In this document: positions 27,776 to 41,653 of the stretch, one piece after another
Layout: the number at the start of each line of letters is the position of its first letter
Position numbering within the stretch: position 1 is the stretch's first letter
From: Eledone cirrhosa
Lineage: Eukaryota
DNA length: 64,000 bases
Direction: 5' to 3'
NCBI GenBank assembly: GCA_964016885.1
Contig: OZ024741.1
Location: 55,118,001-55,182,000, forward strand
Notes under the pieces: generated by a model
The model's input: only the letters and a program-made list of their open reading frames with translations
Told to the model about the DNA's origin: nothing
Databases searched by the model: none
Position numbers and translations under genes: made by a program

Positions 27776-28159
27776 TGCGACCGATAGATACTATTACCAA
27801 TTGGAAAGACCAAGAAAACATTGTTTCCTCGGTCCGATTTGACGAAAGTCGATCGATTCTCCTTATTACAATTGTTATTATTGTTATTCCTACTGTTTTC
27901 CCCTCTGTGATGTTGCTTTTCCTGTATTTAATGTAAACCCCGCATTTTCTTGTGTTACCTTTGTCCTTGTATTGTCCCCAATGTTCTGGGTCCTTGTGGC
28001 CAATAAAAGAAATTACTACTACTACTACTACTGTTACTATTATTAGTCATATTTCCCTTGCGTGTTGTCAATGCATTACTGAGAACTGCTTTGTGCACCT
28101 TGGTTCTGTGCAGCGCTCTTTTTGATGTGGTTGTTTCTATTGTATTCATATTATTATTA

Positions 28160-28187
28160 CTATCATCATCATCATCATCACCATCAC

Positions 28188-28225
<38 letters not shown>

Positions 28226-28437
28226 CCGTCATCATCACCATCTCCATCACCATCATCATCATCACCATCATCACCACTCCAAAACCATCATCATCACCAG
28301 CATCATCACCACCATCACCAGTAACACCATCATCATCATCATCATCATCACCGTCTTCATCACCATCTCCAACACCATTATCGTCACCAGCATCATCATC
28401 ACCATCATCACCATCACCATCATCATCATCATCATTA
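28160..28437 (+). repeat. (CAT)/(CAC) trinucleotide microsatellite
   Basis: Direct inspection. Confidence 0.9.
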
Positions 28438-28584
28438 TTTTTTTTTAGCAGCCATTGAAATGGTTTGTTTGTTTTTTACAGCACAAACAAAAGTCGTCAG
28501 TTATCGACTGGTCTTTCTTTCTTCAAAGCAGCATAAAAATTTACTACAGACGAAAAATCAGAAAGTCAGGAATAAAATACAAAG

Positions 28585-28700
<116 letters not shown>

Positions 28701-28908
28701 CGTTTCTGAATTTGTTTAGCAAGATTCTTTATCTGAAAACGTGTGTTGAAACCGATATTGTTATACTTTGGGAGGTTCATGTTGCCAATAAGAAACACAC
28801 GCACCAGTTGATTTCACTTCAATTTATTATAATAAATTTATAAATTTAGGAATTTATAAATTTCCGGTTGGTTGGCTGGTTCCACAACCAGATGATTGTT
28901 TATATATT

Positions 28909-28951
28909 GTCAAAGTTCTTTCGTCACACATTATGTGACCTCTTCAGTGAC
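28909..28951 (-). ncRNA. Minimal hammerhead-like motif in a probable solo PLE pseudo-LTR (~28698-28997)
   Basis: Minus strand reads GTCA-CTGAAGA-G-GTCACA..TGTGAC-GAAA-GAAC-TT-TGAC. The segment is flanked by (TA)n and 28710-28780 resembles 36780-36860. Confidence 0.6.
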
Positions 28952-29007
28952 TGGGGATTCTTTTCTTTGTTTTTGTGCCTCTCCTTTGTTCTGTCCTATA
29001 TATATAT

Positions 29008-29947
29008 ATAAATGAAAGGTATAGAAAGTATTGTAGCAAGAAGCCAACAGTATTCCATAATATATAAGTGACTATAGCGTCAAAATGGGAAAATAGTTAA
29101 CGTAAGATGTGGGAAAAATAATTCAAACTCAATTCAAAAAGAATCAGGATATAGATTTATCCAACAGAATTTAGTGAAATCCAGGGAAGAATCAATAGAG
29201 CCTTAACTCGTGATAAAATAAAGTTTAAAATACTCATCCTTCAATTTGGAACAACTACAAATGCTCTGTATAGTCTTGAAAAGACTATTTCACGAAAACT
29301 TTCAGTGGGGATGGTCACAGTTGGAATTCGATCCTCAGCAGAGCTCAACATGATAACCAAAATCTCACTGATTAATATGCCAAAAAGGGAATTTAAAAGC
29401 AGGCTAGTTTAACATCATGCGTGATTATGAAAATAAAGCGCACATGTGGAAAAACAGGGCTGGTGACGTCAGAATGAGACGAATGTTTGTTTACATGAAA
29501 CAACAGTCAAAAACATTCCGAAAAAAACTCTACAATAAGGATTTCAGCAAAAAGCAATATTATCGCGGTTTTTTTAATATACCGGGATTAGTCACAAATA
29601 ATTTAAGCACTCTAGGAAAGAAATCCGAGTATAAATATATAAATGAAAAGTATAGAAATTATTGTAGCAAGTATTCCATAATATATAAGTGACTATAGCG
29701 TCAGAATGGGAAAATAGTTAACGTAAGATGTGGTTAAAATAATTCAAACTCAATTCAAAAAGAATCAGGATATAGATTTATCCAACAAAATTTAGTGAAA
29801 TCCAGGGAAAAATCAATAGAGCCTTAACTCATGATAAAATAAAGTTTAAAATACTCATCCTTCAATTTGGAGCAACTACAAATGCTCTGTATAGTCTTGA
29901 AAAGACTATTTCACGAAAACTTTCAGTGGGGGTGGTCACGGTTGGAA
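29008..29947 (+). repeat. ~310-bp direct repeat (29008-29326 / 29638-29947)
   Basis: Near-identical blocks from AAATGAAA.GTATAGAAA to GGTCAC.GTTGGAAT. Confidence 0.9.
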
Positions 29948-30437
29948 TATATATATAAAATCTGCATCCAAGTGAGTTTGTTTCCTGATGATTTCGAAGC
30001 TCGAGAATTTATCCTTGATCGGATATTTCCAAAAGCGAATGAAACCCTAAGGGGTAGAAACGTAATCCTGGTATGTTTATATACAGTTTTTCTTCTAACT
30101 TTAATTTTATACATAATTGTGTATGGTTGACGATATATTTAATCGATTTCCGTGTGCTATTGAAATGGTGGGGAAATATTCTATAGCTGTTGATCGCGAA
30201 TAGATGGCTGTCGTTTATTTATCTATTATTTCTTCATAGGTGCCTTTTAATCTTATAGACGGGTTTAATTGTTGTTTTTTTTGTGTGGTTGATTATGCTT
30301 ACTGGGAGAGGAAATGGTGTATATATCTTATCTAATGATTCTATGGACATATTTTATAGTATATATATATATATATATATAAGCGTGCGTGTGTGTCTGT
30401 ATACATATATATACATATATATATATATATGGATATA

Positions 30438-32533
<2,096 letters not shown>

Positions 32534-32535
32534 TA

Positions 32536-32842
32536 TATAATAAATGTTATGTGAGTTTTTCGAATATTAATAATAACATTCGATTCGTTTGCAATTATGC
32601 GAACAAACCTCAATTTTATAGCCATGTCAGTAGAATGAACACTTCATTCTTGCTCTCGTGTTGGCATGTGAACAGACCTGCAGACACTAATGTTTCTGGG
32701 TATCACCGTTCATCAGTACAGCTCACTGTTCACCTGCCAAACTGTCAGAGCTAGTGAAAATATATATGAGGCTTGCTTGTATAATTGCAAACGAATCGAA
32801 TGTTATTATTAATATTCGAAAAACTGACATTACATTTATTGT
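32536..32842. repeat. ~85-bp imperfect inverted repeat (32536-32620 / ~32761-32842)
   Basis: TTTTTCGAATATTAATAATAACATTCGATTCGTTTGCAATTAT and its exact reverse complement. Confidence 0.8.
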
Positions 32843-32867
32843 ATTCAGCCATGTAGAGCGAAATTTT

Positions 32868-33038
<171 letters not shown>

Positions 33039-33238
33039 GATATATATATACATATATATATTCATATATGTATGTGTGTGTGTGCATGTGTGCGTGTATG
33101 TGTGTGCGTATGTATGCATGTATGTGTATGTGTGTATATGTATGCATGTGTTTATGGATGTGTGTGTGTCTGTGTGTGCGGGTGTGAACGTGTCTGTGCA
33201 TGTGTGTGTATGTGTGTGTGTGCGTGCGTGTCTGTGTG

Positions 33239-33269
<31 letters not shown>

Positions 33270-33592
33270 ACATGAAACGACTGGAAAAGTATATCGGTCT
33301 CAACGGAATTTCTTCATATTCTTTCATATGCTTCAGAATGATTGCTCACAGCGGAAAGCCAAAAGCCATTTATATATATTGTCGCTTGCCAAAATGTTGT
33401 AAAACATAGGAGGGAAGGTTTAAACGTCAACATTTATTGTAGCTAATCAAAAAGTATTCTAGCATTCAACTAACTTTCCAGGTATTCAATTTCACAGTAA
33501 GACTGCAAAATCTACATATTTTGCCTAAGTTAAGATATCATTAGCCAGAGCGAACATGAGAAGCTAGAAACCACATGTAGATATGTATGTAA

Positions 33593-33703
<111 letters not shown>

Positions 33704-33730
33704 TGTAAATATATATATATATGTATGTAA

Positions 33731-33781
<51 letters not shown>

Positions 33782-33977
33782 TATATATATATATGCATAT
33801 ATATATGTAAACATATATTTATATACATATATATATATACGTATATAAATCTAATTATATATATATATATGCATACATATACATATATTTATATATGTGT
33901 GTGTATATGTGTATATATGTATATATATATATATATGTATGTGTGTGCGTGTGTGTGTGTGCGTGTGTGTGTGTGTG

Positions 33978-34722
33978 GACAACAACATAAGCTGGGCCAC
34001 TCATATAAACAGCAAAGAAGACATGGCCCGCAGAATGTGTTCCTGGATTCTCAGAACCTTCCAGTCGAGAGATATCCACACTGTTATCCTTCTCTTCTCC
34101 ACTTTTTCCCGACCCCACCTTGAATACTGTTGTCCACTGTGGTCTCCCCACACGAAATAAAGTATCATGAAAGTTGAAGCACCCCAAAATCGATTACAAA
34201 AAAGATAGATGGCATGACAGGCCTTGACTATTGGGGTCGATTAGAAAAGCTCAACCTTATTTCTCTCCAACGTCGCCGTGAGCGCTACATTATCTGCATG
34301 ATGTGGAAAATATTCCATCAGCTTTACCCAAATGATGTTGGCATCACCTTTAATGTGCACTCAAGGCTTGGGCCCCGTGTTATCCGCCCACGACAAAAAT
34401 ATCACTCGCTTCACATAACAACAATATGGCACAATTATTTCACCTCAATTGGCCCTGCTCTCTTTAAGATTACACCAAAATACATAGAAACAGACTCCAT
34501 CAAGTTCAAGAAGGCTTTGGACAAATTCCTTCAAGAGATCCCGGATAAGCCTCCGACACCCGGATAAGCCTCCTACACCCGGATATGCCTCCGTAAACAA
34601 TAACTCTCTGCTCGAGTGGGCCATGGTGCCCAAACCCTGATTTGTAAGACTTCGCCAGGTGGTGGTATTAAGTTAGACATGGCCTGGGCCTATAGTGGCC
34701 GAAACCTATGAAAGTTATCAAA
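33978..34722 (+). mobile_element. Second 5'-truncated copy of the CR1-clade LINE
   Basis: High similarity to 748-1443, a 20-bp internal tandem duplication at 34541-34582, and the same AAAGTTATCAAA tail. Confidence 0.9.
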
Positions 34723-34809
34723 TATATATATATATATATATGCATATATATATATAATATATATATATGCATATATACATATATATATATGTATATATAT
34801 ACATATATA

Positions 34810-34853
<44 letters not shown>

Positions 34854-35118
34854 TAACTATATATATATATATAAAATAATAAAATGTGGAGAGGAAGCAC
34901 ACGAGTTAGGATATATATATATATATGAAAACAGGGAGAAAGAGACGATTATGAGGAAGAAAAATATATTTTTTTCCTTTTTTGTTTCTCTCTCTTTTCT
35001 GGGTTAGAAAATGATTAAAACGAAATGTTTTACTTTGTGTGAAGTGTTAAGGTATTAGTTGATTTATTTATTATTTAACAATGGCATTTATTTATCTATT
35101 TATATATTTAATTATTGT

Positions 35119-35160
35119 CTATTACCGGTTTCAGCATTTATATGCATTATCAAATGATAG
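35119..35160 (-). ncRNA. Hammerhead-like motif with U3-A8 core variant
   Basis: TTGATAA-TGCAT-ATAA-ATGC(T/A)-GAA-ACCGGT-A-ATAG. The same core is in the inverted copy at 36321-36355. Stem I is weak. Confidence 0.5.
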
Positions 35161-35570
35161 TGAAATGTATTAGTGTGGTGTCGCACATGTTAAACAGAAG
35201 GTGCAGAAAGAATAATGTTATATACAAACAAGTTTTAAGAAGTGAAAAGAAAAAAGAAAAAGGAAAAAAAAAACGTGCATAATGTGGAACGTAAAAAGTC
35301 AATGTGGAAGAAAAAATAATATTATTTACAAGCACAGTCATTGAAGTTAAGCAGTTCAAAATGTGTTAATATCGCAAGAGTGCTTAGTTGAACCATAGTT
35401 CCGTGAAGGAGGCAAATGGTGGACTGTGGTTTGATATGATTTCCTTTTTAGAGAGTTAATATGCAGGGGGAAGCAATTCTTGCTGGGTGATATTAATTTA
35501 TTTAAGAAAAAGAATTAGGTAAGGTGTGAGGGAGGTAACTCTTGTAAATGTTTGATAATTTGTTGCAGTT

Positions 35571-36320
35571 TTAGATTGGTCCGATTTTTAGAGCATTGAG
35601 TAGTGGTTGAAATTTATTAAAGAAATGTGTTTCCTTATTGGTACGTTGGATTAACGTAGCGTTGTCTATGAATTTGTAAATGGGGAAAATGTTAAAGTTT
35701 GGATGTTGGTTGAGAGCACAATTGGGGATATGTTCACTAAATGCAATCTTTCTGTATTCCTGTATTTTAATTTGTGATTTATGGACGGTCATACGTTGAC
35801 GGAGGCTGTTTTTTGTCTGTCCTATGTAGTGTTCTTGACAAGCTGAGCATGTCAAAACATAGATAAGGTTTTCAGATGCACATGTAAAGTTGTGTTTAAC
35901 TGTGAAACGTTGTCCTTGTTTAAAATGGAATGTTGAACCTTCTATTAGATTTATGCATATGCCACAGTTGGGCCGTCCGCATTTTGTTACTGTAGGGTTC
36001 ATTGTGAGGGTTTGTTGGATTTTGGCTTGTGTGAGGATCTTTTTTATGGATTTGGGTTGTCTTTTGCTCTTTATGATGTTGTGTGTTTGGAGGATATTGT
36101 TCATTCTTGGGTCTCTTTTTAGTAAAGGAATGTTCTGGAGGATGGTGTCGAATGCCTCATTGTTGAGGGGGTTGTGTGTGGAGATGTATGGTAGAGTTTT
36201 TTGTTGCGGTTCATTCCTGGGTTTGGGGTGTCTGAGTTCCTGGATGTCTAGTTTTAGGGCACGTTGGAATCCATTGGTGATTAGGGATGGTGGGTAGTTT
36301 CTGCTGATAAGTGTGTTCTT
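35571..36320 (-). pseudogene. PLE RT C-terminus, Cys linker and GIY-YIG endonuclease
   Basis: RNYP..LI, CGRPNCGIC, FTCASENLIYVLTCSAC..YIGQT, RQRMTVH, FSEH, KETHF..LN. The ORF-track N-terminus comes from the inverted repeat. Confidence 0.88.
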
Positions 36321-36607
36321 TTGATAATGCATATAAATGCAGAAACCGGTAATAGACAATAATTAAATATATAAATAGATAAATAAATGCCATTGTTAAA
36401 TAATAAATAAATCAACTAATACCTTAACACTTCACACAAAGTAAAACATTTCGTTTTAATAATTTTCTAACCCAGAAAAAAGAGAGAGAGAAACAAAAAA
36501 GAAAAAATATATATTTTTCTTCCTCATAATCGTCTCTTTCTCCCTGTTTTCATATATATGTGTGTGTGTGTGTGTATGTGTGTGTGTGTGTGGGTGTGGG
36601 TGTGTGT

Positions 36608-36678
<71 letters not shown>

Positions 36679-36715
36679 CACACATTCATATATTATGTGT
36701 CTCATAATATATGAG

Positions 36716-36757
<42 letters not shown>

Positions 36758-37338
36758 CATATATATATATATATAACGGCGATGAATTAGTTTTGCGAGG
36801 TTTTTTATATGAAATCGTGTGTCGAAACAAATATTGTTATACTTGGGGAGGGTCATATTTGTGTAATATTGCCAGAATTAATAACAGAACACACTCACTG
36901 TTTGGTTGGTTTTCGCTTTTCGCTTCTGTGTCTTTTATATCGGTAATCTAATTTATTCGGTCCTCAATGTTGCCATTGACTGACCAACGGTCAAAAATAA
37001 TACAGATACAATATAGACACAAACACATATATATAGTTTATCAAAGTTCATTCGTTGCACATCTGCTACATCGTCAGTGGTGCTATTGTTTCCTCCCGTT
37101 ACATTGTATGTCTACGCCATCTTTATTTAGTCTGTTTATATATTTATTTATTTATTTCTTTGTTTGTTTATTTTATTTTGTCTTCTTTGCGCATGTGTTT
37201 GCGTGTGTGTATAGTGTTTTGTTTGATGTGTGTTCGTGATTGGGTGACTGTGTATTGGTTAATGTATTCTATCTTTACTAGTGTGTGTTTATATGTGTTT
37301 GTTGTTATTGTGCTTGTGTATGTATTTATTTATTTATT

Positions 37339-37556
37339 TATACTTCTCTTAGGTCAGTGTTGTTTGTTTGGGTGTTGTTGTTATTCCATTCATTTTTTCT
37401 GTTTAGTCTTGGCCTTCTAAGTTCTATTTCACTGGCCTCTCTGATTTGCCTATCTGCTGAGTCATTTCTATGTTTAGATATTCTAATTTCTATGGTGTCT
37501 ATGTTACCGTCGTGTTGTTGTCTGGCATGTTCGTATAGTACTGACCCGTTTTTTCG
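37339..37556 (-). pseudogene. PLE GIY-YIG C-terminal remnant
   Basis: My translation: KNGSVLYEHARQQHDGNIDTIEIRISKHRNDSADRQIREASEIELRRPRLNRKNEWNNNTQTNNTDLREV* (S..xEH...H, RxIxEA.xI...P.LN pattern). Confidence 0.7.
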
Positions 37557-38047
37557 TCCTTATATGATAACATGTAACCAAGTTTAACCTATCATGTGGT
37601 CATGTCATCAGCACTAAACCTCCTCCTCACCAAGCTTGTTTGCTTTGTGAGGAGGAGGTTTTGGGATACGATGCAGGATGAAAAACAAAACCTATCAAAT
37701 GGCGGAGGAACTCAGGATAATCACCGACCATCCAATAGTTTGTAAATGTTTATGTTGAGTGTGTGTATATATATATATTTATATATATATATATACATAA
37801 CAACAACAAATGCATGAAGGACATCTCCATGCATTCGAGATGTCCTTCATGCATTTGTTGTTGTTATGAGAACGGTATCCTCAGATGATAACCGATATGT
37901 TTGATATGCCGCAGGCAGGAAAAAACACACGTCCTATTGCCCGTGTGTCCAGCAGACATATGAGTTTCTTAAGGGTCTCCCAGCCGTCGCTTTTGCTAGA
38001 GAAAATGCTGCTATCAACGATAGCATTTATATATATATATATATGCG

Positions 38048-38120
<73 letters not shown>

Positions 38121-38825
38121 CAAAATATTAACAAATGAAAGATATTCACACAATCAAAATATATTATTTATTATATATATTTCAAAAGTACTGTGTTGTT
38201 TTTTCTTCAGTACGTCTTCATCAGATAAAATATATGATTTGATATATGACATACCGCTACGGTCTTGATTATACAATTCCAGTATTGGCAGTGATTTATT
38301 TCATCAGATCTCAATGTTTATATACCACAAATAATATGATAAACTTAAAGAAGAAGAAAAGGACGTAGAGCAAATTTGAGATATGGGAGAGGGTGTAAAT
38401 AAGAGTAAAGGCAAGAAAAAATAAATAAATACATATATAAATACATACATAAATAGATAAAAGAATGAATGAGTTAAAGAAATATATAAAAAAAGAAAAG
38501 AGGAATAACGACAAAAGATGGAAAATGTAAGGAAAGTAAAGGGAACAGAGGCGGTAAAGAAAAATAAAGAAAAAAAAGGAAACATCAAATAGAGGTAGGT
38601 AGAGAAAAACCGTTGTTTTCAAATGCTAAATCAAATAGGACATTCCATCAATTCAACTAAACAATTGAATATCTTTAGTATTTGATTATGCCTTAGCTAA
38701 TTATACTTATATATTATATCAAAATTAATCAGTATAGATTATTTTCTATAGTAATCACATATAAGGTTTAATTAAACATTTATATAATTTAATTTAACTC
38801 ATTATATATTATTATTTTTAATTTT

Positions 38826-39018
38826 AAGGCGGTGGATTGGGAGTATCGGTAGAGGGTCGGACGCCATGCTTTCCAGCATAGTTACGTCCCTTTATGACCT
38901 GAGTTCAAATCCCACCGAGGTTGACTTTGCCTTTCATCCTTACGGGGTCGATAAAATAAAGTACCAGTAATGCACTGGGGGATTGCTGGCCTTGTGCCTA
39001 AAGTAGAAACAATTATTT
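38826..39018 (+). mobile_element. Deu/Nin-type tRNA SINE, full length
   Basis: Same family as 25010-25200. Confidence 0.85.
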
Positions 39019-39756
39019 TTAATTTTAAGGTAAGATATTCTATAAATATTTTGTTACAATTTTAAAGTTGTAATTAATTTTTAAAGCGTATTTAAATAAT
39101 TATTACATATGCATTAAAATCTAATACCATACATAAATCAGCATCAATACATATAATATATTTAGATCCTATATTACTCAAATTATTTAATTATGATATT
39201 CTCTTTATAAAATCTTCACTATTCTTTAATTTTCATTTAATTTCTAGGATTAAACTGCAGTTACATTTACTCTCAAAAGTTTAGTTTCATTAATTTAATG
39301 AAAGGTTATATTTACTTCTGTATTTACTTATTTTGATATATAGTTTCATTTTAATGATAGTCTGTATATTAGTCTACATATTGCAAAACTAATATAATTC
39401 AGCAAGCTAGTCAAAAACAAAGGAAATTTTTCCGGACAATGTAAACAAAAGGAAGATAACTCATTCACCATATACAAACATTTATAACATATCTCTATTC
39501 ACACATTCCGCGATATTTTGAAAACCATAAATCATCTATTGGAAACATCATAAAAGATGTCTAGTTAAATATTGAACTATCCTAATCAAAACATAGGGTA
39601 ACGAGACTCTTAATGAAATAATTCTAATACATATTAATATCAATAAATTATTACCACAATAAGGCAAAAGCATATATATATATTAAATTATTAATTGTCA
39701 ATATTTTTTCGAAACTTGTACAATGTTTGGAAAGTTTTACCAATTTTACCAATTTT

Positions 39757-40142
39757 ATGCCGTCCAACAGCGTTGTTAGGCGCTGGAGAGACGGACCGGT
39801 AAAGTTGCTAGGGGTTTGGTTCGGGCCAGACCTCCAGGTGGACAAGAATTGGGACGAGGTGATGGGCGGGGTAGCCAATCTCATCCAGAAATGGGCTGGG
39901 ATGAAGCTATCACTGAAAGGTCGGGCGGAGGTGGCGACGCGTACATCGCGTCCGTCATCTACTACCGTCTGACCGTCGTCCCTTGCTCCCGTTCGCGCCT
40001 CGCCATCTTGGAACGGCTCCTCTTCAAATTCTTGTGGAGGGGTCAGGTTCTGCTGGTGAGGAGGTCCATCTTCTGCCAGCACCCTCTACGTGGAGGGCTG
40101 GGCATGCCGTGGCTAATGATGCGCAGGCACGCGCTGAGGCTA
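39757..40142 (+). mobile_element. L1/Tx1-type LINE fragment (RT C-terminal region)
   Basis: KLLGVWF, W...LSLKGR, then after a frameshift YIASVIYYRL..FKFLW..GGLGMP. The segment is a GC-rich island. Confidence 0.8.
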
Positions 40143-41597
40143 GCCTCCTCCTTGTAAATATGGTGTTTCAACCACTTCGTTTTGAGGGCCTGCTCTTGCG
40201 CAGCCATTAGCATTCCTTCTGTAGCCTTTTTAAGGTCTCCTCTTTTCAACCAGTTCCATGTCTGTGGATATCTGAATTCAGTTTTCTCAAAGAAGGTACT
40301 ATGAAGGGATTTTTTATGAAAGCTGCTCTTTCTCCTTGTTATTTCCTGCTTGGACATCCCCTGGCCTATTGTCCCCTCCTTCAGTACAATTCTGAGCATT
40401 GGCTCCTTACTATCAGTCACGTATTTGTGTAGGTTGTTTTTCTCCATCTGAACACGTCCTCTATGCTGATAAGACCTCTTCCACCTTCAGATCTCCTTAA
40501 GTAGAGTCTATCGACATCACTCCTCTTGTGGAACATGTTGTAGATAGTCAATAGCTTCCTAGTCTTCCTATCCATTTCTTTTTGTTCAGCAACATTCCAT
40601 CTCAGAATTCCCGCACTGTACCTAATAATAGACACAGCTCGGGAATTTACTGCACTTATGGCATTCCTACTGTTCAGATGTGACTTTAATACGCTCCTTA
40701 CTCTCCGAATGTATTCAGATCTTATCAATTCCTTCATTTTTTTTTTGTTCTTGATGTCATCAGCCTCCAGAACACCCAAATACTTGTATCCTTCTTCAGT
40801 GTCAATTTCCTTTATCATTTCACCTGTTGGTACCTGGATTCCGTTGCTTCTGCTCAATTTACCCCTCTTCATCACAAGGACTCCACACTTACTAATACCA
40901 AATTGCATACATATATCATTGCTGAAAATACGGACAGTGTCAACAAGCACATCCAACTCCTTCTCACTCTTCCCGAAGAGCTTAAGATCGTCCATGAAGA
41001 GGAGGTGATTGATGGTAAGCTTTCCCTTTCCCAACTTGTATCCTGCTCTCATTTTTCGCAGTATAATGGTCAGGGGCATCAGTGCAAGGACAAACAACAG
41101 AGGGGACAGACTATCTCCCTGGAAGATACCTCTCTTGATCTTCACGCCTCCCAAGGATTCTCCAGCTGATGTTAACTCTGTTTTCCAGGACTTTATACTT
41201 TTGCCCAACAACTGTCTGATGTTATCTGCCACCTTGAAGATCTCTAGGCTTTTGGTGATCCAAGAATGAGGTACCATGTCAAATGCCTTTTTGTAGTCTA
41301 TCCATCCCATGGCAAGACCAGTGTGTCTCCTCTTGCAATTCCTCATTACCATCTTATCAATAAGTAACTGGTCCTTTGTACCACGGGACTTCTTTCGGCA
41401 TCCTTTCTGTTCGTCCGGTAACAAGTTGTTTGTGTGGAGGTGATGGTAGATTTCCTCAGACATAATGCTTGTCAACAGTTTCCACATTACGGACAGACAT
41501 GTGATAGGTCTATAGTTGGTAACATCATTACCCTTGATTCGGTCTTTCATTACCAGAACTGTGGTACCTTTTGTCAACCTCACCTGACATCAAGCAG

Positions 41598-41602
<5 letters not shown>
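40143..41602 (-). mobile_element. R4/Dong-type non-LTR retrotransposon fragment 1 (RT), truncated at both ends
   Basis: ORF 40417-41583 has [45 protein letters not shown] and GGRGL. Highly similar to 47268-48732. Confidence 0.92.

Positions 41603-41652
<50 letters not shown>

Positions 41653-41653
<1 letters not shown>

Larger units (their letters stand above)
34870..36557 (-). mobile_element. 5'-truncated Penelope-like element (Neptune-like) with inverted pseudo-LTR
   Basis: 34918-35154 is inverted at 36320-36557. Unpaired tail 34870-34912. A GIY-YIG ORF lies between the arms. Confidence 0.85.

Noticed and set aside
28058-28448. His- or Ser-rich protein gene
   Set aside because: Simple (CAT/CAC)n microsatellite with no exon context.
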